From positions 6,280-70,279 of the forward strand of contig CANSTR010000001.1 of NCBI GenBank assembly GCA_947649935.1: DNA of 64,000 nucleotides. The letters are read 5' to 3'. Both the position numbers and the translations under genes were made by a program. Position 1 is the first letter of the stretch, and each line of letters begins with the position of its first letter. Of this stretch, positions 1 through 9,807 are shown in pieces. The notes under the pieces are model-generated. The model had not been told where the DNA came from and did no database searches. It saw only the letters and a program-made list of their open reading frames with translations. Source of the DNA: an uncultured Clostridia bacterium. Its GTDB lineage: Bacteria; Bacillota; Clostridia; TANB77; CAG-508.

Positions 1-560
1 AGGGATCTCTAAAGAATAAATCTGTTGTCATTTTATTTTCGCTACTTAATAATTGCAAATCATTTATGATTGTTTGTTCTGGCTTTTTAGATATAGCGGT
101 TCTTTCAAACAATGCAGAACCAATTCGTTCTCTCAATGTTCTAACTGACCAATGTTCATTTACACACATTGTTGCATAAAATTTGCGTTTAACATCCGTG
201 TCCATTTTTACAATCTCTATGAAATGTGACCAACTTAATTTTCGCGACAGTGTTGCGAAAATTTCAAAATCTTCAAAAAATTCATTTAATTGCAACATTC
301 TATATAAATTTGAACTACTATAACCTCTCCCATAATTTATAACCAGTTTTTTACTTAATTCTTTTATTACTTGTTTTCCATATTCTGGCTTTTTATTGTT
401 CAACAATTCTACTCTTATTCTTTTTCCTATCTTCCAATTCAATAGAACTAACTCTGTATTAACATGTATCGCTACTTGTTCTTTGGCTTTTTCAATCATA
501 TTTGATACATCATTATATAAGTTATCAATAGCTAAATTATTCATATTTTCTAATTCGTTC
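1..560 (-). CDS. YhcG/DUF1016-like (PDDEXK nuclease superfamily) protein, partial; C-terminus lies beyond window start
   Basis: Own minus-strand translation from ATG at ~560 (RBS AAGAAGG): MNELENMNNLAIDNLYNDVSNMIEKAKEQVAIHVNTELVLLNWKIGKRI...YGRGYSSSNLYRMLQLNEFF. This resembles the conserved N-terminal region of DUF1016 proteins. It is absent from the ORF track because it has no stop in the window. Confidence 0.5.
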
Positions 561-634
561 ATTTTTGCCTTCTTTCTAATTTTATAATTAAAAGCATTAT
601 ATTATTTATTTTTTCAACAAATACCGCTGTTTTT

Positions 635-690
635 GTCAGGTGCCTTACAATTCTAAACCAAATCCGATTTCATTTTGTAAGGCACCTGAC
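635..690. repeat. Perfect 16-bp inverted repeat (GTCAGGTGCCTTACAA ... TTGTAAGGCACCTGAC) with a 24-nt loop, immediately downstream of esaB
   Basis: Read directly in sequence. GC-containing stem in AT-rich intergenic DNA with no U-tract on either strand. Confidence 0.6.
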
Positions 691-701
691 AATATCATTC
701 T

Positions 702-953
702 TTATATCATAATTAATTCCGTTCCATTTCTGATTTCCGTTTCAATTACTTTTGCATTGATAGAAAACGGCTTGGCTGTTATTCTGTCGTACAAATGTGG
801 TGTTTTACTTGGTGCATAATACCCTTTTGTTAGTTCATTGACAGATTTAACTAACAACCTAATAATTGTATGTATTTTCTTATCCAGTGGTATCCAAATA
901 TCATACTGCTCATTAATCATTGGCACATATAATTTTACTAATACTTCATTCAT
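702..953 (-). CDS. esaB: T7SS ubiquitin-like protein EsaB/YukD
   Basis: 83 aa, size and beta-grasp-like sequence pattern (…IETEIRNGTELIMI) typical of YukD/EsaB. Start overlaps essC stop by 8 nt. Confidence 0.6.
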   Translation of the reverse strand: MNEVLVKLYVPMINEQYDIWIPLDKKIHTIIRLLVKSVNELTKGYYAPSKTPHLYDRITAKPFSINAKVIETEIRNGTELIMI

Positions 954-3900
954 CGTCTTCCCTCTTATCTTTCATTTCAAAAAGTTTCAACATAATTGTT
1001 TTGTCTTTTTTATTAATGTATCCAAAACTGCATCCACAATCATTAATAATATCTTTTCTCGGCGCATTCGTATTTAAAATGTATTGGTCATTGACACCAC
1101 TTCCAACCCAAATAATATTGTTGCCTACTACGTTTTTGCGATACCAATCATCATAGCTGTGCTCTTTGATTTTGGCTGCCGAATCCACAATCACAAAGCT
1201 AAAATTTTTACTACTTCCGCACTTTTTGATGATTTCTTCTAAGCCACCTGGCACTTTATTTTCTTCTAGATAATTGGCAAATCGGTCAAGCCCCATAATA
1301 AAGCAAATGGTGTGATTCGTTTTTTTCTGCTCTGTTTTAGCAAGCATCGCTTCGAAATTTTCTGACAAATCATCTTTGCCACATAACACTTTTCTTTCTG
1401 GATCCAAAACTAGCGTGTCCACTTTTGGAAGTTCATTTATCACTTGCCAAATATTGGCTGAAAATTGCAAAGCATCTTGAAAATCTTTGGCTGTCATAAT
1501 CGTGATAAAATTGTTTCTAAAATCGTACAATTCTGGCTTGATGTCTTTTCTTCGCAAACCAATTGGGAAATTATCCACTGCGTCAATTTCCATGTCTAGA
1601 TTTTCTCGTTTTACCACATCTGGCAACACCGGAATTTTTTCTGCTTTTGTTGTATTTCGCTGTTTTGCCTTTTCAATTTCTTCTTTGATGTAAACATTAT
1701 ATTCTTCTGGCTCACAAGTTTTTGCCGTTTGGAATTCATAAACTTCTTCTCCTAGATTTACAAATCCTCTACCAAATCGGCGTGCTGGTTTTCGATTTCG
1801 TACGCCATTGAAAATATTGACATATTCATCTTCATTGTTGAGTGACAACGCAATTTTTTGCTTGAAATTCTGGGTCATACGATAACGCAAATCATTGCAA
1901 GCAGTTGTGACAACCACAAATGCAATTCCTGTTTTTAAGCCTTCTCTTGTTAACGTCAATAACGTATCATCAAAAATATCGTTGTAATTTTCGACAAAAC
2001 TATCGTAGCCATTGATTAAAACTGTGATTAACGGCATTGGATGGTCACCTGTTTTTAAGTAAAAATTGTAATCACCATTGTATTCTGTCAAAATTTGTTT
2101 TCTTTCATTGACGATTTCTTTCATTCTATCAAAAAATCTTTTTAGTTTTTCGCCATTATTCGCAAAAATGACTTCCCCAACATTTGGGCAACCATTAAAA
2201 ATGCGAAATGTTTCTGTTCCAAAATCTAATATGTACATCCAGACTTCTTCTGCTGTGTATGTTTCCATTAAATCATAGACAATCGTGCTCATCAAGGTTT
2301 CTCTTCCGCTGTCTGCACTTCCATAAATAATCAAATTTCCACCTTTGACTAAATCCAAACTTACAATTCCTTGTCTTTGGTTGGCTGGGTCATCGTACTC
2401 TCCAATCGTTACAACAACGCTGTGATTTCTTCTCTTAAATTTATATTTTTCTTTAACATCTTTTACATAAATTTTTTCGGGAATATCATCCAACCACAAT
2501 TTTTCTGCTTGTATATTTTCTTGCACGGCAATATCATGCATTTCTTTGACGATATTGGTTAATTGGTCACCTTTGCTTGGTGCCGACTTTTTGGTATAAT
2601 CATTCATTTCTTTGATGACGGTTCCAATATTCGAAATGAATTTGATGGAATCATCTTTCTGTTTTTTCGAAATATCGGAAGGATAATACTGCGCTCCTGC
2701 CCAGCCGGATTGTCCCAAGTCTAAATATTCGCCATTTCCAACTTTGATGTAAAATCTTCCAGCTTGCTTAATGAACGCTGCATCTGGCATTTCAAGCATA
2801 TCCGAACTATCTGATTTATCTTGCACTTTCAAGCAAATCGCAAATTTGCTGTTGCTTCGGATTTGGTCATCCACAACGCCACTTGGTTTTTGGGTTGCCA
2901 AAATTAAATGCACACCTAGACTTCTTCCGATTCTCGATACACTGACCAATTCATCCATAAAACCTGGCTGTTGTTGTTTTAATTCAGCAAACTCGTCACA
3001 AATAATTAACAAATGTGGAATTGGTTGTTCGACTATTCCATTGTGATATAATTTTTGATATTTATAAATATCAATCGTTCCGCCATCTGTCATTTCTCTG
3101 GCTTCATTGAATAAAATTTGGCGCCTTTTTAATTCACTTTGGATGGAAATCAAGGAACGTTGCAAGCCTTCCTTGTCAATATTCGTAATGGTTCCCACCA
3201 AATGTGGAAGTTTGATGCCTTGCTTTTGAAATGCTCCAGCCAAGCCTCCACCTTTGTAATCAATCAAAATGAAAGTTACGTCATCTGGATGATAATTCAG
3301 CGCCAATGACAATACATATGTAATGATAAACTCACTTTTACCTGAACCTGTCGAACCTGCAATTAAGCCATGTGGACCATGGAATTTTTCGTGAATATCT
3401 AAGTTAATGAGCTTGCCTGCGCCGTTAATTCCAATGGGAGCCGCTAACGAAAGTGTCGCATCATTGTTTTTCCAGCGGTCTAAAATGTTCAATTGTCCTA
3501 CTAATCCAACATTGTACATTTCTAGGAAATTGTATGTATTTGGCAACGCTGTTTTTTCCGTTAATTTGTATTTGATTGGAATGTTGGATATCATTTGCAC
3601 AATTTTATCGAAAAAGAAAGTGTCTAAATTGTTAAACGTAAAATGAATCTGACTTTTGTCCGATATTTCACTATGAAAGAATCTTCCTGCATTTCCGTCA
3701 ATATCAATAAATGTTTTACACTCATTTGGCAACTGAATGATATCATTTGCAATACAAAAAATGGTGAAACCTAAATTTCTTTTTTCACCAAAAATGTCGG
3801 AAATAATTTTTAGGTTTTCTATTTTGCGATAGTCATCCGTGATAATCAAATAGTATGGTGAAAAACTTTTATAATTTGTTTCATTATTCGAACCTTTTTC

Positions 3901-5559
3901 TGGGTTGGCTCTTTTGGCAAATTCGTCTTCCAAATATTTTGAAATTTCTTCCATGCCTTTTGTGTCGTCTTCAATAAAACGAAAATCTTTCTCATCATTC
4001 CAAACATAAGGAAGCAACTTCACATATTCCCATCTTTTCAAGTTTTCCTTTGATAGCAAAAAGACGAATTTCAAATCGCTATAACTTTGAAATGCCATCA
4101 ATTGAATCAACATATTTTGTATAAATTTGTTGATATTTTCTTGGTTTCTATCAATGTAGGCAATGATTTTTTCATCTGTTAATGTGGCAATCACTGGCGC
4201 ATTTTTCAAAGTTTCAATTTCCTGTGTAAATTGATGCATCATTTCTTTTAAATTGTCACTTTCTTCCATGGTAAATGCCTCTTTTTGTGGATACGAAATG
4301 GCAATATCCAATGGCACATTTCCAATTCCCAAATTAATGGATAAAAAGTCTGGGTCTTGGATAATTCTTTCCCACAAACGTGTGCTTTTGTTTAAAATGA
4401 TTCTCGTGCATTCTTCTGTTGTATCATAGTTTTCAAATAATATTTTTCTTTGTTTTTCCTTGATTTCATCAATCTCTTTTTGTTTTGTTGCAATGTATTC
4501 ACTATATTTTTTCTGACGTTTTGCTTCATATTTTTTATCTCGTTTTTTCTGCCATTTGCTAATGGCTAGTGGCATCAATAGCGTAGAGGTAAGCATGGCT
4601 ACTGACGAAATAATGGACAATATATTATCAGATAATTTAGAATATCCACTTCCAATTCTAGAAAACGTTTGCAAAACGCTGATAATCGAAATAAGTCCCA
4701 TGGATAGCGTTGTTCCAATCGTTAAGAAAAGTGGCATATCGTCTTGTTTTTTAGAAGGTGGTGGCACAATTTCAATTGTCTGTTTGTCCAATCGATTGTT
4801 GATTCTTGGTGGTCGATAAAAATAATCTTTTGATGAGTATAACTCTACATATTTTTCTTCTTCATTTTTATCTTCCCTGATTTCCTCTTCTGGAATTTCA
4901 TATAATGACAAAACACGTTCATCATAGTTCATTTTCCCCATAGGATTGTTGACATATAAATAATTGCCTACCAACACGATTTTTAATCCCATAATAAAAA
5001 CAGTATCGCCATTAAATAGAAATCTGGCTCTATCATAAACTAAATCATCATTCAAAAAAGTGCCATATTTTTTATCGTAATTTTCAATCATCCATCTGCC
5101 ATTGTTCAAAAATATCCTCGCGTGCTTGTCCGACACCAACTCATTTTCATAAGAAATCTGATTCGCAGGATTTCGTCCAATCAATATTTCATGCGTACGC
5201 TTCACATTCAAGCAAATCCAATCATCCTCATATACTGGCAAACAGCATAAAAAATAGAATGTTTTTGAATCTCCAATGACAACTTCATGCACGTCGTATT
5301 CTTTTAAAACCACTCTACTTACAAATAATTCACTTGAATTTCTAATATTGATTTTATCATTTGTAATACTTACGCAATCAGGGTTTACTATTTTCGTTAT
5401 TTTATCACTTGTGATTTGCCACTTTCCATCTTGTGATTCGACTTGAATTAATCGTCTATTGGTATTTTCATATTTATCATTTAAAATATAACTTCCTGAC
5501 GGCACTTGTGGCAATATCATTCTATGGATTCTGCCTTCGCCAATCAACACTATTAACAT
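946..5559 (-). CDS. essC: T7SS ATPase EssC/YukB (FtsK/SpoIIIE family) with N-terminal FHA domains
   Basis: 1537 aa. N-terminal FHA-like regions (GRNPANQISYENELVSDKHARI…GTFLND), a TM segment, and three P-loop ATPase domains (GSTGSGKSE, GSADSGRET, repeated FtsK motifs). Confidence 0.85.
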   Translation of the reverse strand: MLIVLIGEGRIHRMILPQVPSGSYILNDKYENTNRRLIQVESQDGKWQITSDKITKIVNPDCVSITNDKINIRNSSELFVSRVVLKEYDVHEVVIGDSKTFYFLCCLPVYEDDWICLNVKRTHEILIGRNPANQISYENELVSDKHARIFLNNGRWMIENYDKKYGTFLNDDLVYDRARFLFNGDTVFIMGLKIVLVGNYLYVNNPMGKMNYDERVLSLYEIPEEEIREDKNEEEKYVELYSSKDYFYRPPRINNRLDKQTIEIVPPPSKKQDDMPLFLTIGTTLSMGLISIISVLQTFSRIGSGYSKLSDNILSIISSVAMLTSTLLMPLAISKWQKKRDKKYEAKRQKKYSEYIATKQKEIDEIKEKQRKILFENYDTTEECTRIILNKSTRLWERIIQDPDFLSINLGIGNVPLDIAISYPQKEAFTMEESDNLKEMMHQFTQEIETLKNAPVIATLTDEKIIAYIDRNQENINKFIQNMLIQLMAFQSYSDLKFVFLLSKENLKRWEYVKLLPYVWNDEKDFRFIEDDTKGMEEISKYLEDEFAKRANPEKGSNNETNYKSFSPYYLIITDDYRKIENLKIISDIFGEKRNLGFTIFCIANDIIQLPNECKTFIDIDGNAGRFFHSEISDKSQIHFTFNNLDTFFFDKIVQMISNIPIKYKLTEKTALPNTYNFLEMYNVGLVGQLNILDRWKNNDATLSLAAPIGINGAGKLINLDIHEKFHGPHGLIAGSTGSGKSEFIITYVLSLALNYHPDDVTFILIDYKGGGLAGAFQKQGIKLPHLVGTITNIDKEGLQRSLISIQSELKRRQILFNEAREMTDGGTIDIYKYQKLYHNGIVEQPIPHLLIICDEFAELKQQQPGFMDELVSVSRIGRSLGVHLILATQKPSGVVDDQIRSNSKFAICLKVQDKSDSSDMLEMPDAAFIKQAGRFYIKVGNGEYLDLGQSGWAGAQYYPSDISKKQKDDSIKFISNIGTVIKEMNDYTKKSAPSKGDQLTNIVKEMHDIAVQENIQAEKLWLDDIPEKIYVKDVKEKYKFKRRNHSVVVTIGEYDDPANQRQGIVSLDLVKGGNLIIYGSADSGRETLMSTIVYDLMETYTAEEVWMYILDFGTETFRIFNGCPNVGEVIFANNGEKLKRFFDRMKEIVNERKQILTEYNGDYNFYLKTGDHPMPLITVLINGYDSFVENYNDIFDDTLLTLTREGLKTGIAFVVVTTACNDLRYRMTQNFKQKIALSLNNEDEYVNIFNGVRNRKPARRFGRGFVNLGEEVYEFQTAKTCEPEEYNVYIKEEIEKAKQRNTTKAEKIPVLPDVVKRENLDMEIDAVDNFPIGLRRKDIKPELYDFRNNFITIMTAKDFQDALQFSANIWQVINELPKVDTLVLDPERKVLCGKDDLSENFEAMLAKTEQKKTNHTICFIMGLDRFANYLEENKVPGGLEEIIKKCGSSKNFSFVIVDSAAKIKEHSYDDWYRKNVVGNNIIWVGSGVNDQYILNTNAPRKDIINDCGCSFGYINKKDKTIMLKLFEMKDKREDDE

Positions 5560-5707
5560 ATCAGATTTTCCCCTTTATATTCTTCCTTCTTATTATAACG
5601 AATATCCAATATTTTTGCAACACAATTTTTTACCAATTTAAAAAAATCAAATTATTAAAAACTTCTAATAATTTGATTTTTAAAACAATATTTATTTTGC
5701 GATTTTT

Positions 5708-6463
5708 CTACTCAGCTGATTCCATTGTTCTCTTCATGGTTGCTTCATCACGTTCGATATTTTCTTTATCTTTCTTGAATTCTGTTGTAATATGATCTAT
5801 AATTGTTTCTACTCTTGAAATCATATCTTTCTTTCTACCTTCCAAAACGGATGAATCCAAACCTTTAATTTTAAGAGCTCGTCCATCAATCAAATATTCT
5901 TGAATATCAGCACAAATTTCTTTTACATTATTTGTAATAATGTCAGCACATTCAGAAACTTTACTAATCATGCTATTGATAGCTTGTGCGTTAGCAGTCA
6001 TCTTAGTTCCTACTCTACATTTTATTTCTCTTACTTCACCCAAATCATTCTTGGTTAAATTTCGGATACCATGAATATAACAATTTCCTCTTGCGAACTC
6101 ACTTACAAGTGGGTACATTTCATAAGATACCCCTAAGTTATGTGACCCCATCATATCAGTACATACATCTGCAGCTGTAATCTTTACTAATAGTTCCAAA
6201 ACAGTAGAAAGTCCATGTAAATAATCGATACCATCTTTTTGACCTTTGATATCATTCCACCATTGTGCAAATTCTGCAGCACAGTCATCATACCATTTTC
6301 CTTCTACCATAACTGTACTTGTAATTTCCTTTGCCATAATTTCCATATTATATTGTGAATTTACTACCTTACTAATTAAATTTGTTAAATATTCATTATA
6401 TGCATTCAAATCATATTCTGAACCTGAATCAAAATGACCAACAATTCCCTGTAAAACTCCCAT
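5708..6463 (-). CDS. Hypothetical helical protein, paralog A of a T7SS-adjacent pair (possible LXG-like secretion substrate domain only)
   Basis: 251 aa with RBS AGGAGG. About 75% identical over its first ~240 aa to the downstream 609-aa ORF (MGVLQGIVGHFDSGSEYDL…DGIDYLHGLSTVLELLVKITAADVC…). The N-terminal L-x-G-containing segment is reminiscent of LXG targeting domains. Confidence 0.35.
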   Translation of the reverse strand: MGVLQGIVGHFDSGSEYDLNAYNEYLTNLISKVVNSQYNMEIMAKEITSTVMVEGKWYDDCAAEFAQWWNDIKGQKDGIDYLHGLSTVLELLVKITAADVCTDMMGSHNLGVSYEMYPLVSEFARGNCYIHGIRNLTKNDLGEVREIKCRVGTKMTANAQAINSMISKVSECADIITNNVKEICADIQEYLIDGRALKIKGLDSSVLEGRKKDMISRVETIIDHITTEFKKDKENIERDEATMKRTMESAE

Positions 6464-6590
6464 TTCTTTATCCTCCTATTTTCTAAAAATTTATTCTTAA
6501 GTTTTAAAACCTAATTCAGTTATATTATAAACTTTTGTTTTTGTCAATGCTTCTTATTGTAAATTTTAATAATCTTATTTTTTAATTTAC

Positions 6591-8357
6591 TCATAGTAAC
6601 CCACCTTTTGTCTTTGGCTTTGTTTTATCTGCCGAACTAACAGTACTAAAAGTTCCTGAACTTTTACTCGATGCTGGTGGTTTAGCATTTGGTATTTTTC
6701 TTGTACTTGCTGACTGATTTACCATTTTACTTCCTGTTGTTGTATTAGGTCTACCACCACCTGAGGATGTTGTCTTCTTTGTTTGTGTCTTCGGCTGTGT
6801 CGACTTGTTAGCTTGATCTCCTATAAATCCTCTATTTGAACTGCTACTGGATTGCCCCGTCGCTTTTGCTGCATTCGCAGAACCCTTTGCATAATTACTT
6901 GCTTTATTGTTCGTACTTTTAGCACTACTTGAAGAAGAATTAGTGCCTTTATTGGATGCACTACTTTTAGAAGACGAACTCGTATTTGTCTTCTGACTTG
7001 ACGATGATTTTGTACTTGTTTTCTGAACCTCACCTTTCAAATAATTTGAGTTCGCTTTTTGTTCAACACTATTTAATGTATTCTTTGAACCTGTATTTCC
7101 TCCATTAATTGTTCTAACACTACCACTCGAATTCCTTATACTTGTTACTTGTTCTTGTGTAAGGTTTGTCGTATCAAATGGTTTTGGAATTCTACCACCA
7201 GTTGTAGTATTCCTTGTTCCAGAACCCGTTGTGAATGTATTTCTTGTTCCTGTCGAACCACTGATCGAAGAAGAAAATGTCTGTGTACCACCTGTTATTT
7301 TTCCTGTTGAACTATTATTTTTCACACCAGATGTACTTGCTTTTTGCTCAACCCCATCCAACGTACCTTTTGAACTACTATTTGTTGTTTGAGATTTCAA
7401 ATTGGTCGTTTCTGTTTTCCCTGAAAGGTTAGTTGCATCAATTGGTCTAGAAAATCTATTAGCCTGAACTGTTGTTCCAGATGTGCTTGACTCTGCTCTT
7501 GCTTTATGATTGGCGTCAGCTGCCATATCCTCTGCCGTCATCGTTGCAGCTGATACTGTACCTGCAACTGTTGCTGCAGCAGCCGCATTAATCGCACTTG
7601 ATGCATCACTGCCATCTAATGTACTTTTCACCACTGCTTCATCACGTGAAATCTTCAATCTAGAATTTTTTAACTCGTTACTCAAGCGTTCTACAATCGT
7701 ATTGACTCTAAACAACATATCTCTTTTTCTATCTTCCAGAATAGAAGAATCCAAACCTTTGATTTTAAGGGCTCGTCCATCAATTAAATCTTCTTGAATA
7801 CTATTACATATCTCTTTTACATTACTCTTGATAGTATCAGCACACTCAGAAACACGTCCTATCATGCTATTAATTTGTTCCCCATTCGCAGAATTCTTAA
7901 CACCAGCTCTACAGACTGTTTCTCCAATTTGTCCTAAATCAGCTTTTGTCATATTGCGAATGCCATGTATGTACGGATTACCATTTGCAAAATCATTAAT
8001 CAACGAATAGGCTGAATACGATGCTCTCATTGTCGTTGAATTTCTCATATCCACACAAACTTCTGCAGCTGTTATCTTCACTAAATTTTCTAGTATCGTA
8101 GATAATCCATTCAAATAATCTATTCCATCTTTTTCTCCAGCATCATCATTCCACCAACGAGCAAATGCTGCTGCACAGTCATCGTACCATTTTCCTTCTA
8201 CCATCACTGTACTCGTAATTTCCTTTGCCATCATTTCAATGTTATATTGTGAATTTATGACTTTGCTCATTAAATTTGCCAAATAGTTTTGATATGCTTG
8301 CAAATCATACTCTGAGCCTGAATCAATTGTTCCAACTATTCCATCTAAAACTCCCAT
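6591..8357 (-). CDS. Hypothetical protein, paralog B: shared N-terminal ~240-aa domain plus a long S/T/N/G/K-rich low-complexity tail
   Basis: Likely start MGVLDGIVG at 8357 (RBS GGGGG 8 nt upstream), not the ORF-track start at 8420. The C-terminal ~350 aa are low-complexity (…SSSSKSSASNKGTNSSSSSAKST…KTKPKTKGGLL). Confidence 0.4.
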   Translation of the reverse strand: MGVLDGIVGTIDSGSEYDLQAYQNYLANLMSKVINSQYNIEMMAKEITSTVMVEGKWYDDCAAAFARWWNDDAGEKDGIDYLNGLSTILENLVKITAAEVCVDMRNSTTMRASYSAYSLINDFANGNPYIHGIRNMTKADLGQIGETVCRAGVKNSANGEQINSMIGRVSECADTIKSNVKEICNSIQEDLIDGRALKIKGLDSSILEDRKRDMLFRVNTIVERLSNELKNSRLKISRDEAVVKSTLDGSDASSAINAAAAATVAGTVSAATMTAEDMAADANHKARAESSTSGTTVQANRFSRPIDATNLSGKTETTNLKSQTTNSSSKGTLDGVEQKASTSGVKNNSSTGKITGGTQTFSSSISGSTGTRNTFTTGSGTRNTTTGGRIPKPFDTTNLTQEQVTSIRNSSGSVRTINGGNTGSKNTLNSVEQKANSNYLKGEVQKTSTKSSSSQKTNTSSSSKSSASNKGTNSSSSSAKSTNNKASNYAKGSANAAKATGQSSSSSNRGFIGDQANKSTQPKTQTKKTTSSGGGRPNTTTGSKMVNQSASTRKIPNAKPPASSKSSGTFSTVSSADKTKPKTKGGLL

Positions 8358-8496
8358 ATTTTTCCCCCAATCGTATAAAATTATTATAATTATCAAATAA
8401 CTATATACCAGATATAACATAAAAATTTTATGGTGTCAATAGCAAAATCAACCATTTAATCATTAAAATACAACATAAAATTTGTAAAAATTAACG

Positions 8497-8530
8497 CAAT
8501 TATCGTTTTTTAACGGTAATTGCGTTGTTT
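8497..8530 (-). terminator. Rho-independent terminator downstream of pnuC
   Basis: Imperfect hairpin AACGCAATTA…TAATTGCGTT, followed by a U-rich tract on the minus-strand transcript. Confidence 0.5.
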
Positions 8531-9196
8531 TTATATGTTTTCATTCCAATTTTTCAATCCATAACTATCATTTAATAACAATACAATATTTTCAACTAAA
8601 ACCGGAACTAGATAAAATTCTCCCTGTAAAATAGGAATTCCCCATAATAATATTAAAATGATATCATTCCCTATGTAAAAAATAAAACTATACTTACTCC
8701 TTCTTGTAATTAAATAAGTAGCCATCAAACTAGTAACCATGGATAAACTCGAAATCATTAATTGGCTCGTATTAAAATATTTTAATACACAATATAACAA
8801 CACGAATCCAACTACACTTGCAAACGCTAAAATTCCCCATTCTTTTTTCGATATCTCATTCGATTCTACTGTATCCGTTTCTTCGTTTCTGTGTGTTATC
8901 CAAGAAAACACACCATAAACATACATTGGAAATACAACTAATACATAAATAATAATTTCCCCATAATAGTGATTTTGATAGGATAGGATAGAATATAATA
9001 TCACCTCTATCATTCCAACAAATTGGCTCAATATTTTTCCCTTCGCTTGTAATAACACACAAATTACCCCTGCTAACGATGTTAAAACAACTAAAATTTT
9101 GCTTTTTCCTATCACGGACGAAATTAATATCGCCATTATATCAAACAATAATAATCCGATTTCAAATTGGTTCCAATCTTTAAACAATTTTTTCAT
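8531..9196 (-). CDS. pnuC: Nicotinamide riboside transporter PnuC family
   Basis: 221 aa polytopic membrane protein with W-rich PnuC-like motifs (…GVFSWITH…ILLWGIP…). Confidence 0.6.
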   Translation of the reverse strand: MKKLFKDWNQFEIGLLLFDIMAILISSVIGKSKILVVLTSLAGVICVLLQAKGKILSQFVGMIEVILYSILSYQNHYYGEIIIYVLVVFPMYVYGVFSWITHRNEETDTVESNEISKKEWGILAFASVVGFVLLYCVLKYFNTSQLMISSLSMVTSLMATYLITRRSKYSFIFYIGNDIILILLWGIPILQGEFYLVPVLVENIVLLLNDSYGLKNWNENI

Positions 9197-9734
9197 GAAT
9201 TTTCTCCTTCAAATTATTTATAATTTTATCATAATCTGAATGTTCTTTTTTCACTTCATTTACCGTTACCACATCTCCACTTGAAAAATTTTTCAAAAAT
9301 ACCACCTTAAATTCCATGAATTCTCCAAGTCCTTCAAAATACGTTTTAATGTTTTCAGCAATTTCTTGGTTTTCTTCTTCACTCATTTGCCCAACTGTGA
9401 TTAAATAAATCGTTTTTCCTTTTAAAAGTTCCTCATGTGAACCATATGGATTCCATCTATCAATCACATTTTTCAAAATGCCAGTTATATGATTCATATA
9501 AATTGGTGTTGCAATAATAATCTTTTTCGCTTCAGCCATATACTGGTACAATTCTTGCATATCATCTTCTATAACACAAAAATTTTCTAAATGATTGATA
9601 CATGAACTACACCCCAAACAATAATTCACACTTTTGTCAGCCAGAGAAAATAATCTATCTTCCGCTTCTTTCAAATCGCTCAAAATCTGATAACAATTTT
9701 GATTTCGATTACTTCCATTGATATATAAATTCAT
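9180..9734 (-). CDS. Flavodoxin-like NAD(P)H-dependent FMN reductase / iron-sulfur flavoprotein
   Basis: 184 aa with a CxxC…C cysteine cluster and a flavodoxin-like fold pattern (KIIIATPIYMNHITGILKNVIDR). Overlaps pnuC start by 17 nt. Confidence 0.5.
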   Translation of the reverse strand: MNLYINGSNRNQNCYQILSDLKEAEDRLFSLADKSVNYCLGCSSCINHLENFCVIEDDMQELYQYMAEAKKIIIATPIYMNHITGILKNVIDRWNPYGSHEELLKGKTIYLITVGQMSEEENQEIAENIKTYFEGLGEFMEFKVVFLKNFSSGDVVTVNEVKKEHSDYDKIINNLKEKIHEKIV

Positions 9735-9807
9735 TGATTTCCTCCATTATTAATTTATAAAATTATACACCATTTATTCCAATTACACAAGCAAACATTT
9801 CAATTTT

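Noticed and set aside
6600-7450. Repetitive-looking DNA in the 3' half of the 609-aa gene, considered as a CRISPR/VNTR or collagen-like repeat
   Set aside because: There is no regular spacer-repeat periodicity. It is simply codon-level S/T/N/G/K low complexity in one continuous frame.
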